Shown here: piece after piece, positions 50,033 through 61,240 of the stretch
How the letters are laid out: each line of letters opens with the position of its first letter
How positions within the stretch are numbered: position 1 is the stretch's first letter
The notes under the pieces: generated by a model
What the model saw: only the letters and a program-made list of their open reading frames with translations
Databases searched by the model: none
Told to the model about the DNA's origin: nothing
Source: an uncultured Gemmatimonadales bacterium
GTDB lineage: Bacteria; Gemmatimonadota; Gemmatimonadetes; Palauibacterales; Palauibacteraceae
Assembly (NCBI GenBank): GCA_963783385.1
Contig: CAWANJ010000009.1
Location: 736,001-800,000, forward strand
DNA: 64,000 nt
Direction: 5' to 3'
Translations under genes and position numbers: made by a program

Positions 50033-52642
50033 TTGATCGGGCCAAGCGACGAGCGGAAGGAGCCGCGCGCCGAGCCGGAGGCCGGGCCCAAGGCCCAGCG
50101 GCGGCTCCTTCACCGCCTGCAGCCCGTCTTCGGACTTGCGCTCTTCTCCCTGGCCCTGTGGGTGCTGTACCGGGAGCTGCGTCACTACCGGCCCGGGGAC
50201 ATCGCCCGCAGCCTGGAGGCGCTGCCGTCGCTGCGCGTCATCATGGCCCTGGTGTTCACGGCCCTCAACTTCGTCCTGCTCAGCGTCTACGACTTCCTGG
50301 GAATACGATACGCCGGGAGGAAGCTGGCCTACCGGCGCGCCGCGGTGGCCTCCTTCATCGGCTTCGCGTTCAGCCAGAGCCTGGGGTTCCCCCTGCTCAC
50401 GGGCGCGCCGGCGCGCTACCGGCTGTACTCGTCGTGGGGACTGTCGGCCGTGGAGATCTCGCAGGTGATCGCGTTCTACTCGGTCACCTTCTGGCTCGGC
50501 GTCGGTATCATCGGCGGAGCCCTCCTGGTGGCCGGCCCCGGACTCCTCCCGCCTCCGCTCGGCGGCATGCTCGGCCCCGTCATCGGCGCGGTGGTGCTGC
50601 TGGTGGTCGCCGCCTACTTCGCCTGGACGGTGCGCGGGCGCCCGGTCCTGTCGGTGCGCGACTGGGAGTTCCCCCCGCCGTCGGCACGCCTGTCCGTGGC
50701 GCAGCTCCTCGTCTCCCCGCTGGACTGGTCGCTGGCCGCCGCCGTGCTGTGGGTCCTCCTGCCTGCGGGCCTCGGCCTATCGTACCCGGCGTTCCTGACC
50801 ATCTTCGTGGCGGCCCAGGTGGTGGGGCTGGTCAGCCACGTCCCCGGGGGGCTGGGCGTGTTCGAGGCCACCCTGATCCTCCTGCTCCCCGGTCACGGGC
50901 TCCACGCCTCGGTGCTGGGGGCGCTGGTGGCGTTTCGGGGCGTCTACTACCTCCTGCCCCTGCTGGTGGCGGCGGTGGTGTACGGCGGCCTCGAGCTGCG
51001 GACGCACCGGGCGTACGTCGCCCGCCTCGGGGGCATGGTGGGCCGCTGGACGCTCTCGTTGGCGCCCTACGTCCTGGCCGTCGCCACCTTCCTGGCCGGC
51101 ACGGTGCTCCTCCTGTCGGGGGCCACCCCCTCGGTCGTGGAGAGGATCGCCCGGCTCAGCCGGCTCCTCCCCCTGCCGCTGATCGAGGCCTCGCACTTCC
51201 TGGCCAGCGTGGCGGGGGCCGCGCTCCTCGTTCTCGGCTGGGGGCTGTGGCGGCGGCTCGACTCGGCCTGGCACCTCACCGTGCCCCTGCTGGTCGCCGG
51301 GATCGTGTTCTCCCTGCTCAAGGGGCTCGACTGGGAGGAAGCCAGCTTCCTGTTCGTGCTCCTGGCCGTCCTCGTTCCGGCCCGTGGCCGCTTTTACCGG
51401 GAGGGCTCGCTCCTCGGCGAGGCCTTCTCGCCCGGATGGATCGCGGCCGTCGGCATCGTCCTCCTCACATCGGTATGGTTGGGACTGTTCTCCTACCGGC
51501 ACCTGGAGTTCAGCGAGAGCCTATGGTGGCGATTCGCCCTGCGTGGCGACGCGCCCCGCTTCCTGCGCGCCACGGTGGGGGCGGTCGGCATCACCTTGAT
51601 CGTGGCCATCCTGAGGCTCGTGCGGCCGGCGAGCGCGCGACCGAGGCTACCCGACGCCGTGGAAATGGAGCGGGCCGCGGAGATCGTCGCCGCTTCGCCG
51701 GTCGCCGCCGCGAACCTGGCCTTTCTGGGGGACAAGGCGTTCCTGTTCAGCGAAACCGGAGACGCCTTCATCATGCACGGGGCCGAGGGCCGCAGCCGCG
51801 TCGCCCTCGGGGACCCGGTCGGTCCCGTGGAGCGATGGCCGGAGCTCGTGTGGCGATTTCGGGAGATGGCCGACCGCTTCGACGATTGGCCGGTGTTCTA
51901 CCAGATATCGGCCCGCCGACTGCCGCTCTACCTGGACATGGGCCTCACCCTCCTCAAGCTGGGCGAGGAGGCCCGCGTGCCGCTGGAGGACTTCTCCCTG
52001 GAGGGCGGCTCGCGGCGCGGCCTGCGGCGGACGATCGGCAAGGCGGAGAAGGAAGGCTGTTCCTTCGAGGTTCGGCCGGCGGCGGACGTTCCGGCGCTGC
52101 TCCCGGAGCTGCGCGAGGTCTCGGACGCATGGCTCGAGGGCAAGGCGACCCGGGAGAAGCGCTTCTCGATGGGACGTTTCGACGACGCGTACCTGACCCG
52201 TTTCCCGGCCGGTCTCGTCCGGCGCGAGGGACGCATCGTGGCGTTCTCGAACCTGTGGACATCGGCGGAGCGGTCCGAGATCTCGCCCGATCTCATGCGG
52301 CAGCTCCCCGACGCCCCGGCGAGCGTCATGGAGTACCTGTTCGTGGAGCTCATGCTGTGGAGCCGCGAAGAGGGCTATCGGTGGTTCGACCTGGGCATGG
52401 CGCCGCTCTCGGGCCTGGAGAATCGGCCGCTGGCTTCCGCCTGGAGCCGGATCGGCTCGCTCGTCTACCGGTTCGGCGACCATTTCTACAGCTTCCAGGG
52501 CCTCCGGCAGTACAAGGAGAAGTTCGGCCCGGTGTGGGAGCCGCGCTACCTGGCGTCCCCGGGCGGGTTCGCCCTGCCCCGGATCCTCACCAACGTCTCG
52601 AGCCTCGTGTCCGGAGGCCTGTCGGGGGCGTTCACCCGCTAG
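50033..52642 (+). CDS. mprF: Lysylphosphatidylglycerol flippase/synthetase
   Basis: GGAGG plus TTG start; [50 protein letters not shown]. Confidence 0.93.
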   Translation: MIGPSDERKEPRAEPEAGPKAQRRLLHRLQPVFGLALFSLALWVLYRELRHYRPGDIARSLEALPSLRVIMALVFTALNFVLLSVYDFLGIRYAGRKLAYRRAAVASFIGFAFSQSLGFPLLTGAPARYRLYSSWGLSAVEISQVIAFYSVTFWLGVGIIGGALLVAGPGLLPPPLGGMLGPVIGAVVLLVVAAYFAWTVRGRPVLSVRDWEFPPPSARLSVAQLLVSPLDWSLAAAVLWVLLPAGLGLSYPAFLTIFVAAQVVGLVSHVPGGLGVFEATLILLLPGHGLHASVLGALVAFRGVYYLLPLLVAAVVYGGLELRTHRAYVARLGGMVGRWTLSLAPYVLAVATFLAGTVLLLSGATPSVVERIARLSRLLPLPLIEASHFLASVAGAALLVLGWGLWRRLDSAWHLTVPLLVAGIVFSLLKGLDWEEASFLFVLLAVLVPARGRFYREGSLLGEAFSPGWIAAVGIVLLTSVWLGLFSYRHLEFSESLWWRFALRGDAPRFLRATVGAVGITLIVAILRLVRPASARPRLPDAVEMERAAEIVAASPVAAANLAFLGDKAFLFSETGDAFIMHGAEGRSRVALGDPVGPVERWPELVWRFREMADRFDDWPVFYQISARRLPLYLDMGLTLLKLGEEARVPLEDFSLEGGSRRGLRRTIGKAEKEGCSFEVRPAADVPALLPELREVSDAWLEGKATREKRFSMGRFDDAYLTRFPAGLVRREGRIVAFSNLWTSAERSEISPDLMRQLPDAPASVMEYLFVELMLWSREEGYRWFDLGMAPLSGLENRPLASAWSRIGSLVYRFGDHFYSFQGLRQYKEKFGPVWEPRYLASPGGFALPRILTNVSSLVSGGLSGAFTR

Positions 52643-52652
52643 GCTCGCCCCG

Positions 52653-54324
52653 TCACTTCTTCAGGACGTCCAGCAGGCCGCTCCTCAGCGACTTCCACAC
52701 ATACGCGAAGAAGGTCTCGTCCGGCGCCCTCGTGTGGTCCACCTCTCCCACGCGCGGATCGTGGTCCTCCGGTTCCGGGTTCGCGTGCCACACCCGGCGG
52801 TTGAGCACCGCGGTGCCGATCCGCTCGAGGAGGTCCGGCGAGCCCTCGCCCGGGCTGGCCTTCCGGAGCGACAGCTTCCGGTACAGCGCCCACACCCGGC
52901 CGGACGCTCGCCGACCGTCCAGTCGGACGTCGAAGCCGATCGTGTCGATCGTGCCATCCGTGACGCGGATCCCCGCCAGCGGGGTGGTGGTAGAGTCCAC
53001 AGCGGAGGCCGGCATGGAGCCCACGCCTCCGGTGAGCCGCGCCGCGAGGGAGTCGGCGGAGAGATCCGCTGCCAGCTCGGCGCGCACACGTCCCTTCCCG
53101 AGGAGCTCCGCCTGCATCCGCAGCACGGCCTGCCCGGAGCCGTTTCCGGCGGCTTCGGACCGAGCCCGGCGGAGGAGCCCGGCCTTCGCGTTGGACAGCC
53201 CCATCAGGCGGGCGCCGACCCGGTCGAAGCGTACGGACCCGCGAGGCTCCCCCGCCCGGCGGCGTCTCCGCGTAGATGACGGTCGCGCCCCGCACCATGC
53301 CGGTGTCGAGCGCCAGCGGCACCCCGACGCTCTCCACCCAGTTCCTCGGCGTGCCCGCGGGCGCCGAGTCCGCGGCGGCGGGCACGCTCTTGTCGTCCCA
53401 CACGAACAACCGCGCGGAATCGACGCCGAGGTAGCCGGCCATGAAGCCGTGTTTCGCCACCAGCCGGCCGAAGTCCACGTGCCGCAGGTGCAACCCTCCC
53501 GCCGCCAGGTCGACGTAGTCGCGACGGTGGCTGAGGCGAGCCCTGAATTCGGCGGGCTCGGCGGTGGGGTGCCAGTGGAGTTCGACGAGACTCAGGACCG
53601 AATCCCGGGTCGACAGGGCGAAGCTGTCCATCTCCAGAAGGTACAGCCCGTCCCGGGTCACGTGCCGGTAGCGCGGGAGCTCCACCCGTACGTCCCGGCT
53701 GAACAGCACTCGATCGCCCCCGGCCGGGCGGCCGGGCCCCGTGCGGAGATCCTCCAGGGTCACGCTCAGCCCCGGCACCGAGTCGGCGGTCGAGCCGTCG
53801 TCCTCGGCCAGCACGAGATCCGCGTGCGTCACCCGCACCCGACCGGCCTCGAGGGTCGGGAGCGCGTTCGCCAGGCGCTCCTCGGGCGGGACCTTCGAGC
53901 CGGCCCGCGACTCGGCGCGGGTGAGCGCGTGGGTGCGGACCCGCACGCTCGCGCTGTCGATGGCGAGCCCCGACATGGACAGAGATCGCCCCCGGAGCAG
54001 CGACAGGCGGTCCAGGCCCCGCATGCGGAGTCGAGCCACACGCACGTCCGGTCCCACGCCGCCCGGCTTCGACCCCGCCGTCACGCAATGCACCCGCAGG
54101 CCGTCGACCTCCAGCGAGCCACGCAGGAGGCTGAAGCCCACCTTTAGGATCCGGACCTCGAAGTGCGGGCCCAGGCGATGGCCCAGCCGGCCGGCGACGA
54201 ATTCCGCATCCACCACGTGGTGGGCCACCAGCTCGCCAGCGATCAGCGCCGACACCGCGGCCACCAGGGCCCAGGTGAGGGGCTTGCGCCACGATTCCGA
54301 GCCACTCCGCCGCTTCATCCTCAT
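52653..54324 (-). CDS. AsmA/DUF748-like beta-rich envelope protein (apparent frameshift ~53255)
   Basis: N-terminal TM anchor, repetitive amphipathic beta strands, C-terminal FFAYVWKSLRSGL helix in the second frame. Confidence 0.6.
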
Positions 54325-54449
54325 CCCGCCCGTCCCCCTTGCCAGATCCGCACCGGCACGACCACGACCCGACCGGCCTCGACGCGCACGACTCCGAGGT
54401 CCAGCGAGCGTGGACGCGATCGTCCGGGCTCGAGGACCTCCAGACGGAG

Positions 54450-55822
54450 TCAATGTCCGCCCGCCGGCACCCGGACCCGCACGAGGCGCACCCGGGCGGG
54501 GAGGAGATCGAGCCCGCGCGTGTCCGCCTGCTCGAGGAGCGCGCTGGTCACGTTCGCCGCCAGGCCGACGACCTCGCCCAGTGTCTCGTCCTTCTTGGAG
54601 ACCGTCTTCTTCACGGCCTCCACCGCCACGCGCTTGGCCACGGCCCTCACCAGGGTGCGGGCGAGGATGCCGGGAGCCTGTCGGGCGAAGTCGCTGCGCA
54701 CCGCGGCCGACACGTCGGCCACTTCGTGCTCCGTCGTGATCAGAGAGTCCGAACCGAGGTCGGGAGCCAGGACGCGGATCCGTGCGTCGGGGACGCGGCC
54801 CGCCGCGTAGGTGGGCCAGGCCACCCGCAGGAGGTAGGGGTCCCCCCCTTCCCGTGTCCCGGGGCGAGCCCGTCCGAGACCGGCGCCAGGCCCAGGGACC
54901 GACGCGCCACCGCGTCGGCCACCGTCTCGCCGTGGCGGCGGTCGGAGACATCTCCGGAGGCCGCGCTGCGCAGCGCGGTCAGCTCGCCCGGCCACAGGAG
55001 GAGCGTCAGGGAGCGCTCGACGCGGTGCGCCACGAAGCCGCGCTCCACCAGCACGACCACGGTGCCCTCCCCGTCTCCCGGCCGCGCGCCCTCGCCCACG
55101 CCGGCCGACCTCGCCTCCGCGGCCGGTCCGGGCGCGGAGTCCCCGGCCCCGGCCGAATCCCCGGCCGCTCGCCGCGCCAGTCGATAGGAGACCGCCGCCT
55201 CCCCGGGCCGGCCGGCCGCCTCGAACACGCTGCCCGCGAAGGCGTGCATGGCCGCCGCCAGGCCCCGTTCCGCGGCATCCGGGCCCTCGTCCCCGGCCAG
55301 CGCCAGCCGCTGCTCGAGCCGGCGGGCCTCGACCGCCGCGTCCTCGTCGTCGCCCGTGGCCAGGTAGTCCAGAGCCCCGTAGTAGTGGAGGAAAAGGCGG
55401 TCCACGAACGGCGGATCGTAGGCGCGCGTCCTGTCCCCGGTGAAGAAGGAGAGCAGCGTCCGGCTCAGGCTGCGCGTGTAGCGGTCCTCGGCGAGCTGGC
55501 TCGCGGCGCCGAGCGCCACCCGGCTCCGGTCCGGCTGACCCGCATAGTGCGCCAGGATCCCCTCGTACTCCATGCGCAGGAGGTCGTCGCCGGCGTCGGC
55601 CCGTTCCGGGGTCGTCAACGCCAGGGCCGAATCGACGCGACCCGCCACCAGCTGGTCGCGGACGCTCTGGTCCCACCTCGACAGGCCGGAGGGAGCACGG
55701 TCGAAGGGGCGCAGCAGGGCCGCGCACCCGGACAGGACCAGGCAGGCGAGGAGGACCGGGAGCGCCACGCCGCCCCGGGCCCTCGCGGCGCGCCGGGGGC
55801 GGGGGCCGGGCCCGCCCGTCAC
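54450..55822 (-). CDS. COG3014-like helical lipoprotein (apparent frameshift ~54845)
   Basis: Lipobox LSGC; YY.ALDYL...A.VEARR, VVVLVERGFV; second frame EQADTR...LLP. Confidence 0.7.
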
Positions 55823-55829
55823 GGCCGGA

Positions 55830-56670
55830 CTACGGCGTCCGCTTCTCGAGGACGATGATCCGCTCGCGCGCCCGGGCGATGGCGTCGGCCATCTTCGCCG
55901 CCGCGTCGCCGCGCGCCTCGATCTTCTCGAGCTCGAGCTGGTGCAGGAAGAGCTTGTACTGGATCAGCGCCTCGATGGGGCGGAGCTGCTTGTCGAGCAC
56001 CGTGGCGATCCGGTAGTCGATCATCGGATCGTCGGGTCGGAGCACGTCGGCCCGGTCGTAGCGATTGAGGGCGCCGTCCAGGTCGCCGCTGGCCGCCAGG
56101 TCGTCCCCCTCGCGCAGGAGCTGCTCGGCCAGGGCATCGGCCCGACCGGCCGTGGTCGCGTCCGACGGGCTTGCTGACCAGCCGCACGCCGGTGGTCTCG
56201 TCGTAGGCGTAGCCGGCCACCCGGCCCCCGTCCAGCCGCACCATGGCCACGTCGGCCACGGCGTCGGAAGGGCCGTGGTCCAGCGAGCGCGGCATCAGCA
56301 CCACCGCCGGGCCCGAGCGCCGGATGCGCCAGGCGGCCGCGTCGGTGCGCGTTGCCGCCAGCACCTGGGCTTCGGACATGCCCAGCGCCAGCTCTCCGCG
56401 CACGAGAGCGTCACACACGTCGCCGGAGCAGGTGGCCAGCGCTTCGGCCCGGATCGAGTCAGCGCTCTCCCGCTCGGCCGCCATCCGCGCGCCCGCCTCC
56501 GGATCGGCCGCCTCCCGGCCCGACGGAACCTCGACCCGGTCCCCGTTCTCCATGATCGGCTGCTCGTGGACACGGTGCGTGGCGCACCCGGCCATCCACA
56601 GGGAGAACGCCACCCCGCCGGCGAGCGCGGCACGGGCGGCCCGCGACCCGGCTCGTCGCTGCACGGCCAC
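55830..56670 (-). CDS. Hypothetical lipoprotein with C-terminal TPR-like helices (apparent frameshift ~56165)
   Basis: Lipobox MAGC; LALGMSEAQV (SmpA/BamE-like); second frame YDRADVLRPDDPMIDYRIA. Confidence 0.6.
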
Positions 56671-56711
56671 CCTGGATCGATCGGCTCTCCACGTTCATGG
56701 CGTCCCCCGCG

Positions 56712-57359
56712 TCAGAACCCGAACCGCTTGCGCTCAATGTACTTCTTGATGCGGTGTTGGCCCGTCCACACCTTCACGTTGGACTGCACGTCGATGAGGG
56801 TGGCGTCGACCTGGTAGTACACGATCTTCTCGCCGCCCTCCTCGTCCTCGATCGACTGGATCTGCCCCTGGAGCATGTAGTTGGCACCGAGCTCCTGGGC
56901 CATGCGCGCGCGCGTGTCGGCGCGGGCGTTGTCCTGCTGGTCCTTGCGCTCCGCGCGGACCTCCTGCCGCTCCTCGGGACTGGCGACGACCCGCACCTGG
57001 CCCGAGGAGACGAACGCCCGCTCGAGGTCGTTCACGAACGTCGAGACGGGAATGTGCTCGTAGCTGTCGTTGCGGAAGCCGCCCACGATGACGGTGGGCG
57101 GATTCCCGCCATGGTCGCTGGCGTAGCGCTCGGCCCATCCGTCGCCGAGGCTCTGCTCGATGAGCGCCTTCGCCACCAGGCGCGAGTCGGTGTCGTTCCA
57201 GCTTCCCGACAGGTCCGTCACCGAGTTCGGGTCAATGCGCGACACGTGCTTGGGGGCGCACCCGGGCAGGATGCCGATCAGCCCCGCCACCGCGAGGACG
57301 GTCATTCGACCGGCGATACTCCTCCGGTCGCCCACTCGAACCCGGTCCTGTCCGACCAT
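56712..57359 (-). CDS. LpoB-like (COG3417) lipoprotein
   Basis: Lipobox LPGC; DLSGSWNDTDSRLVA, NDSYEHI, GANYMLQGQI, VYYQV, HRIKK. Confidence 0.75.
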   Translation of the reverse strand: MVGQDRVRVGDRRSIAGRMTVLAVAGLIGILPGCAPKHVSRIDPNSVTDLSGSWNDTDSRLVAKALIEQSLGDGWAERYASDHGGNPPTVIVGGFRNDSYEHIPVSTFVNDLERAFVSSGQVRVVASPEERQEVRAERKDQQDNARADTRARMAQELGANYMLQGQIQSIEDEEGGEKIVYYQVDATLIDVQSNVKVWTGQHRIKKYIERKRFGF

Positions 57360-57417
57360 GGCTCCCCTCCCGTTACAGGTTCGACCCATCCGTAAGACGA
57401 TCGTGGCGCGCGCGATG

Positions 57418-58071
57418 TCACCGCCGCTCGATCGCGAAGTCCGCCACCCGGACGTCCAGGTGGTGGTTGATGCGAAGTCCGACGATGCCGTCCGTCCGCA
57501 TCCCGTGCCCGCGGGCGAGGCCGGCCACCCGTGTCCCGTTCACGAGGAAGTGCACCGAGTCCGCGTCGGCGCGAACCTCGAGCGTGTTCGTGGCCGTCCC
57601 GTCCGCGTCCGCCGCCCGCACGGCCTCCGACGCCTGCCAGCCGCCCAGGAGGTCGTGCGTCTCGCCGCCCGCCCGGTGCTTGACCAGGAAGCGGCCGTCG
57701 CCCCGGACCAGGAAGTAGAGATAGTCCTGGTCGGCGCCGCCCAGGTCCCGTCCTCCCACGAGGAGGCCGTAGCCCTCCGGGTGGGAAGGCGCCCGGAGCT
57801 GGGCGAAGGTCGCCCGGGCGGCGAAGGATCCCGAAGCCGAGTCGGCCGGCCGCCAGAAGATGGCCGCGATCCGGGTGGTGACGTGCGCGCCCTCGCCCGA
57901 GGGTTCGAAACGGACGCCCTGGATGGAGGCGGACGGATCGTCGAGCCTGGCGCGCCACGCGGTGGACTCGGAGGCGTCGGGGGGCACGGGGACGGCCGCG
58001 GGCTGCTGGGCCAGGACGGCGACGGGCAGCGCCGACAGGAGCCATACGGCCGAAAGGGCACGCATCAGCAT
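57418..58071 (-). CDS. Secreted beta-sandwich protein (DUF1080/LamG-like)
   Basis: Signal peptide; HPEGYGL, YLYFLVRGDG, NTLEV, FLVNG, GIVGLRINH. Confidence 0.6.
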   Translation of the reverse strand: MLMRALSAVWLLSALPVAVLAQQPAAVPVPPDASESTAWRARLDDPSASIQGVRFEPSGEGAHVTTRIAAIFWRPADSASGSFAARATFAQLRAPSHPEGYGLLVGGRDLGGADQDYLYFLVRGDGRFLVKHRAGGETHDLLGGWQASEAVRAADADGTATNTLEVRADADSVHFLVNGTRVAGLARGHGMRTDGIVGLRINHHLDVRVADFAIERR

Positions 58072-58284
58072 GGAAGCCTCCGGGAGCCGCGCAGGACTGG
58101 GGCGGGACGCACGCGTCACGGTCTGGACCGCGGGCCACCGTCACCCGCACGGCGGCAAGATAACGATTCGGGACCACGATCACACGCGGCGCTGGACCGC
58201 CGGCGCTCGCGCTCCGAGATTGAGCCTTCGACCGCAGGGGAGCTCGCGGCCGCACGGCCGCTCGATCTACCGGGAGGAAGTAGC

Positions 58285-59058
58285 ATGGGCCGTCTGGAAG
58301 GCAGCACGGTGCTCGTCACGGGAGCCAGTTCGGGGATCGGAGCGGCCTGCGCGCGCCGCTTCGCGGCGTCGGGAGCCCGGCTCGTCCTGTGGGCACGGCG
58401 GGAGGACCGGCTGCGGGAGCTCGCGTCCGAGCTCGAGGAGGCGTCCGGCTCGGCAGTCCGCCTGGCCGGCGTCGACGTGCGGGACCGCGACGCGGTCGAG
58501 GCGCGCGCCGAGGGACTCGCCCGGGACGGGGTGGTGCCTAGCGTCCTCGTCAACAACGCCGGGCTGGCGGCCGGGCTGGACCTCCTCCAGGAGGGCGATC
58601 CGGAGGACTGGGACCGGATGATCGACACCAACCTCAAGGGTCTGCTGTACGTGAGCCGCGCCCTCCTACCCGCGATGCTGGAGGCCGGCCGCGGACACGT
58701 GATCAACGTGGGCAGCACGGCCGGCCACCAGGTCTATCCGCGGGGCAACGTCTACAACGCGACCAAGTTCGGCGTCGGTGCCCTGACGGAGGGCCTCAAC
58801 CTGGACCTGGCGGGTACCCCCTTGCGGGCTTCGAGCGTCGACCCGGGCTTCGTCGAAACGGAGTTCTCCGTGGTGCGCTTCCACGGGGACCGTGAGCGGG
58901 CGGACTCCGTATACGAGGGCTTCCACCCGCTGTCGCCCGACGACGTGGCGGACGCCATCCACTACGTGGCCTCGGCCCCCGAGCACGTGAACGTGTTCCA
59001 GGTCATCCTCCTCCCCGCCGCCCAGCGCAACGCCTACGTGGTGGACCGGGAGGGCTGA
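58285..59058 (+). CDS. SDR oxidoreductase (YdfG-like)
   Basis: TGASSGIG, NNAGLA.G, YNATK, PGFVETEFS.VRF. Confidence 0.92.
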   Translation: MGRLEGSTVLVTGASSGIGAACARRFAASGARLVLWARREDRLRELASELEEASGSAVRLAGVDVRDRDAVEARAEGLARDGVVPSVLVNNAGLAAGLDLLQEGDPEDWDRMIDTNLKGLLYVSRALLPAMLEAGRGHVINVGSTAGHQVYPRGNVYNATKFGVGALTEGLNLDLAGTPLRASSVDPGFVETEFSVVRFHGDRERADSVYEGFHPLSPDDVADAIHYVASAPEHVNVFQVILLPAAQRNAYVVDREG

Positions 59059-59065
59059 GCCCGAC

Positions 59066-60572
59066 CTAGTTCGCCGGCACCGTTCGGCCGCGCGCCCAGC
59101 TCCGGAGGCTCTCCACCTTCTCGGCCATCACCCGGGACAGCGGACGCGTGCGGCGCACCTCCTCCAGGACCCGCGCGGTGGTGAGCGCGCCCCCTTCCGA
59201 GAAGGACGCGTACAGTCCCGCGACGATGGCCTGCTCGAGCTCGGAGCCGCTGAAGCCCTCGGTGGCTTCGGCGAGGGCGTCCAGGTCGAACGCCTCCGGG
59301 TCCCGATCCCGCCTGGCGAGGTGAAGGGCGAGGACCGCCCGCCGCGCCTCGCGGTCGGGGAGGTCCACGAAGAAGATCTCGTCGAACCGCCCCTTGCGGA
59401 GGAGCTCCGGCGGGAGCCGGGACACGTCGTTGGCGGTCGCCACCACGAACACGTCCCCCTGGCGATCCTGGAGCCACGCGAGAAAGCTCCCCAGCACGCG
59501 CATCGAGACCCCCCCGTCCCCCTCGCCAGCGGCGGAGAACGCCTTCTCGATCTCGTCGATCCACAGGACCACCGGAGCCAGCCGCTCGGCCATTTCGGTG
59601 GCGCGCCGGAAATTGCGCTCGGTCTCACCCACGAACTTGTTGTACAGTCGCGAGGGATCGAGCTTGAGGAGCGGCAGCGTCCACGAGCCCGCCACGGCTT
59701 TGGCGCTGAGGCTCTTGCCACAGCCCGGCACCCCGAGCAGGAGGATGCCGCGCGGGGCCGGGAGCCCGAAGGACCGCGCCCGGGCGGGATCGCGGAAGAA
59801 GGCCTTTCGCTCCTCGAGCCATGCCCGGAGAGCCGCGAGGTCCGCCACCTCGTCCAGCCCGGCGCCCGAGGGCCGATACTCGAGCAGCCCGTCCCGTTCG
59901 ACCAGGTCGCGCTTCGCCTCCAGCACCTCGTCCAGGTCGTCGGCGCCGAGGCGTCCGTCCTCGACCATCACCCGCGTGAGCACCTTCTCGGCTTCGAGCA
60001 GCGTGAGGCCGTGCAGTCGCTCCAGCAGCCGCCGTCCGGTCCTGGTCGCCGAGCTCGACCCGCACCCTCCCTCGCTCCCGAAGGTCGCGCACCAGCCGGT
60101 CCAGGAGGTCGGCGTACTCGGCCACCCCGGGCTCCGGGAGCCTCAGCCGGGCGGCCAGCGCCTTCACGGACTCCGGCAGCGCCAGGTTCCCGCCGGTCAG
60201 TACGAGGGCGCCCGCCAGATCCGCGTAGGAACGGGCGGCGTCGGCCAGCCTCTGCGCGACCACGTCGTCGTCCAGGTAGGAGGCCAGGCCGCGGAAGTGG
60301 TAGATGGCCGGGAAGCCCGAGGCCTCCACGTGGGCGAGGGCCCTGGAGGGGTCGGTCGACCCGTACACGGCGCCGTCCAGCCCGTCGCGGCGGAGGCCCT
60401 TGGTACGGGTCCACGTGAACAACGGCAGCTCCAGCGCGTCGGCCAGGTGACGGAGGAGCGAGCCGGCGCGGTCTTCCTCCTCCGTCTCGAGGACCACCAG
60501 GCCGTAGCGCGCCTTGAGCAAGAGCTCCAGGTCGGCCAGCGGATGCCCGGCGCCTCCGCTCGGGCCCGTCAC
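59066..60572 (-). CDS. Ycf46-like AAA+ ATPase (apparent frameshift ~60030)
   Basis: N-domain LETEEEDR...WT; GVPGCGKS, WIDEIEK, LLRKGRFDEIFFVDLP, PLS...E....LR.WA. Confidence 0.88.
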
Positions 60573-60700
60573 GGACGCGGCCCCGGCGCGAGGTGATCCC
60601 GGGTGGAGTCCTTCTTGCACCCGGCCCCTCGCGGGAGCGGAGGGCTCACGACGCCCCTTTGCCGCGATCCGGGACTCCTGCGCAGCGCGAGGCCGCCGTC

Positions 60701-61237
60701 ATGAACCTGCATGACATCTCTCCGGGTGAACGGGCTCCCGAGGTCGTCAACGTGATCGTCGAGATTCCGCGGGGCAGCCGCAACAAGGTGGAGTACGATC
60801 CCGACCTCGAGGCCTTCCGCCTCGACCGGGTCCTGTACGCGTCGGTCTATTACCCGGGAGACTACGGCTTCATCCCGGGGACCCTCGCTCCCGACGGGGA
60901 CCCCCTCGACGTGCTCGTCCTGGTCAGCGAGCCCACGTTCCCCGGCTGCGTGCTCCCCGCCCGCCCGCTCGGCGTGCTGGAGATGCGGGACGAGAAGGGC
61001 TCCGACGAGAAGGTGCTGGCCGTGCCCGTCCGCGATCCACGCTTCCGGGAAGCGGACGACCTGGCGGACCTGCCCGGCCATCTGCTCGAGGAGGTCGAGT
61101 ATTTCTTCGACATCTACAAGGAGCTCGAGGGCAAGGAGACGGTCACCGGGGGCTGGCTGGACGCCGGGCGGGCGCGCGACATCATCGCCCGCGACATGGC
61201 CACGTACCGGGAGCGCCACGCAGGCCGCGCCGGCTAG
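60701..61237 (+). CDS. ppa: Inorganic pyrophosphatase (family I)
   Basis: EIPRGSRNKVEYD, YPGDYGFIP, DGDPLD, DEKGSDEK, YKELEGK. Confidence 0.95.
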   Translation: MNLHDISPGERAPEVVNVIVEIPRGSRNKVEYDPDLEAFRLDRVLYASVYYPGDYGFIPGTLAPDGDPLDVLVLVSEPTFPGCVLPARPLGVLEMRDEKGSDEKVLAVPVRDPRFREADDLADLPGHLLEEVEYFFDIYKELEGKETVTGGWLDAGRARDIIARDMATYRERHAGRAG

Positions 61238-61240
61238 CCG

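Noticed and set aside
48922-54147. 1741-aa ORF on the + strand
   Set aside because: Shadow frame overlapping slipin, mprF and the AsmA-like gene; R/P/G/A-rich with no motifs, a typical high-GC artefact.
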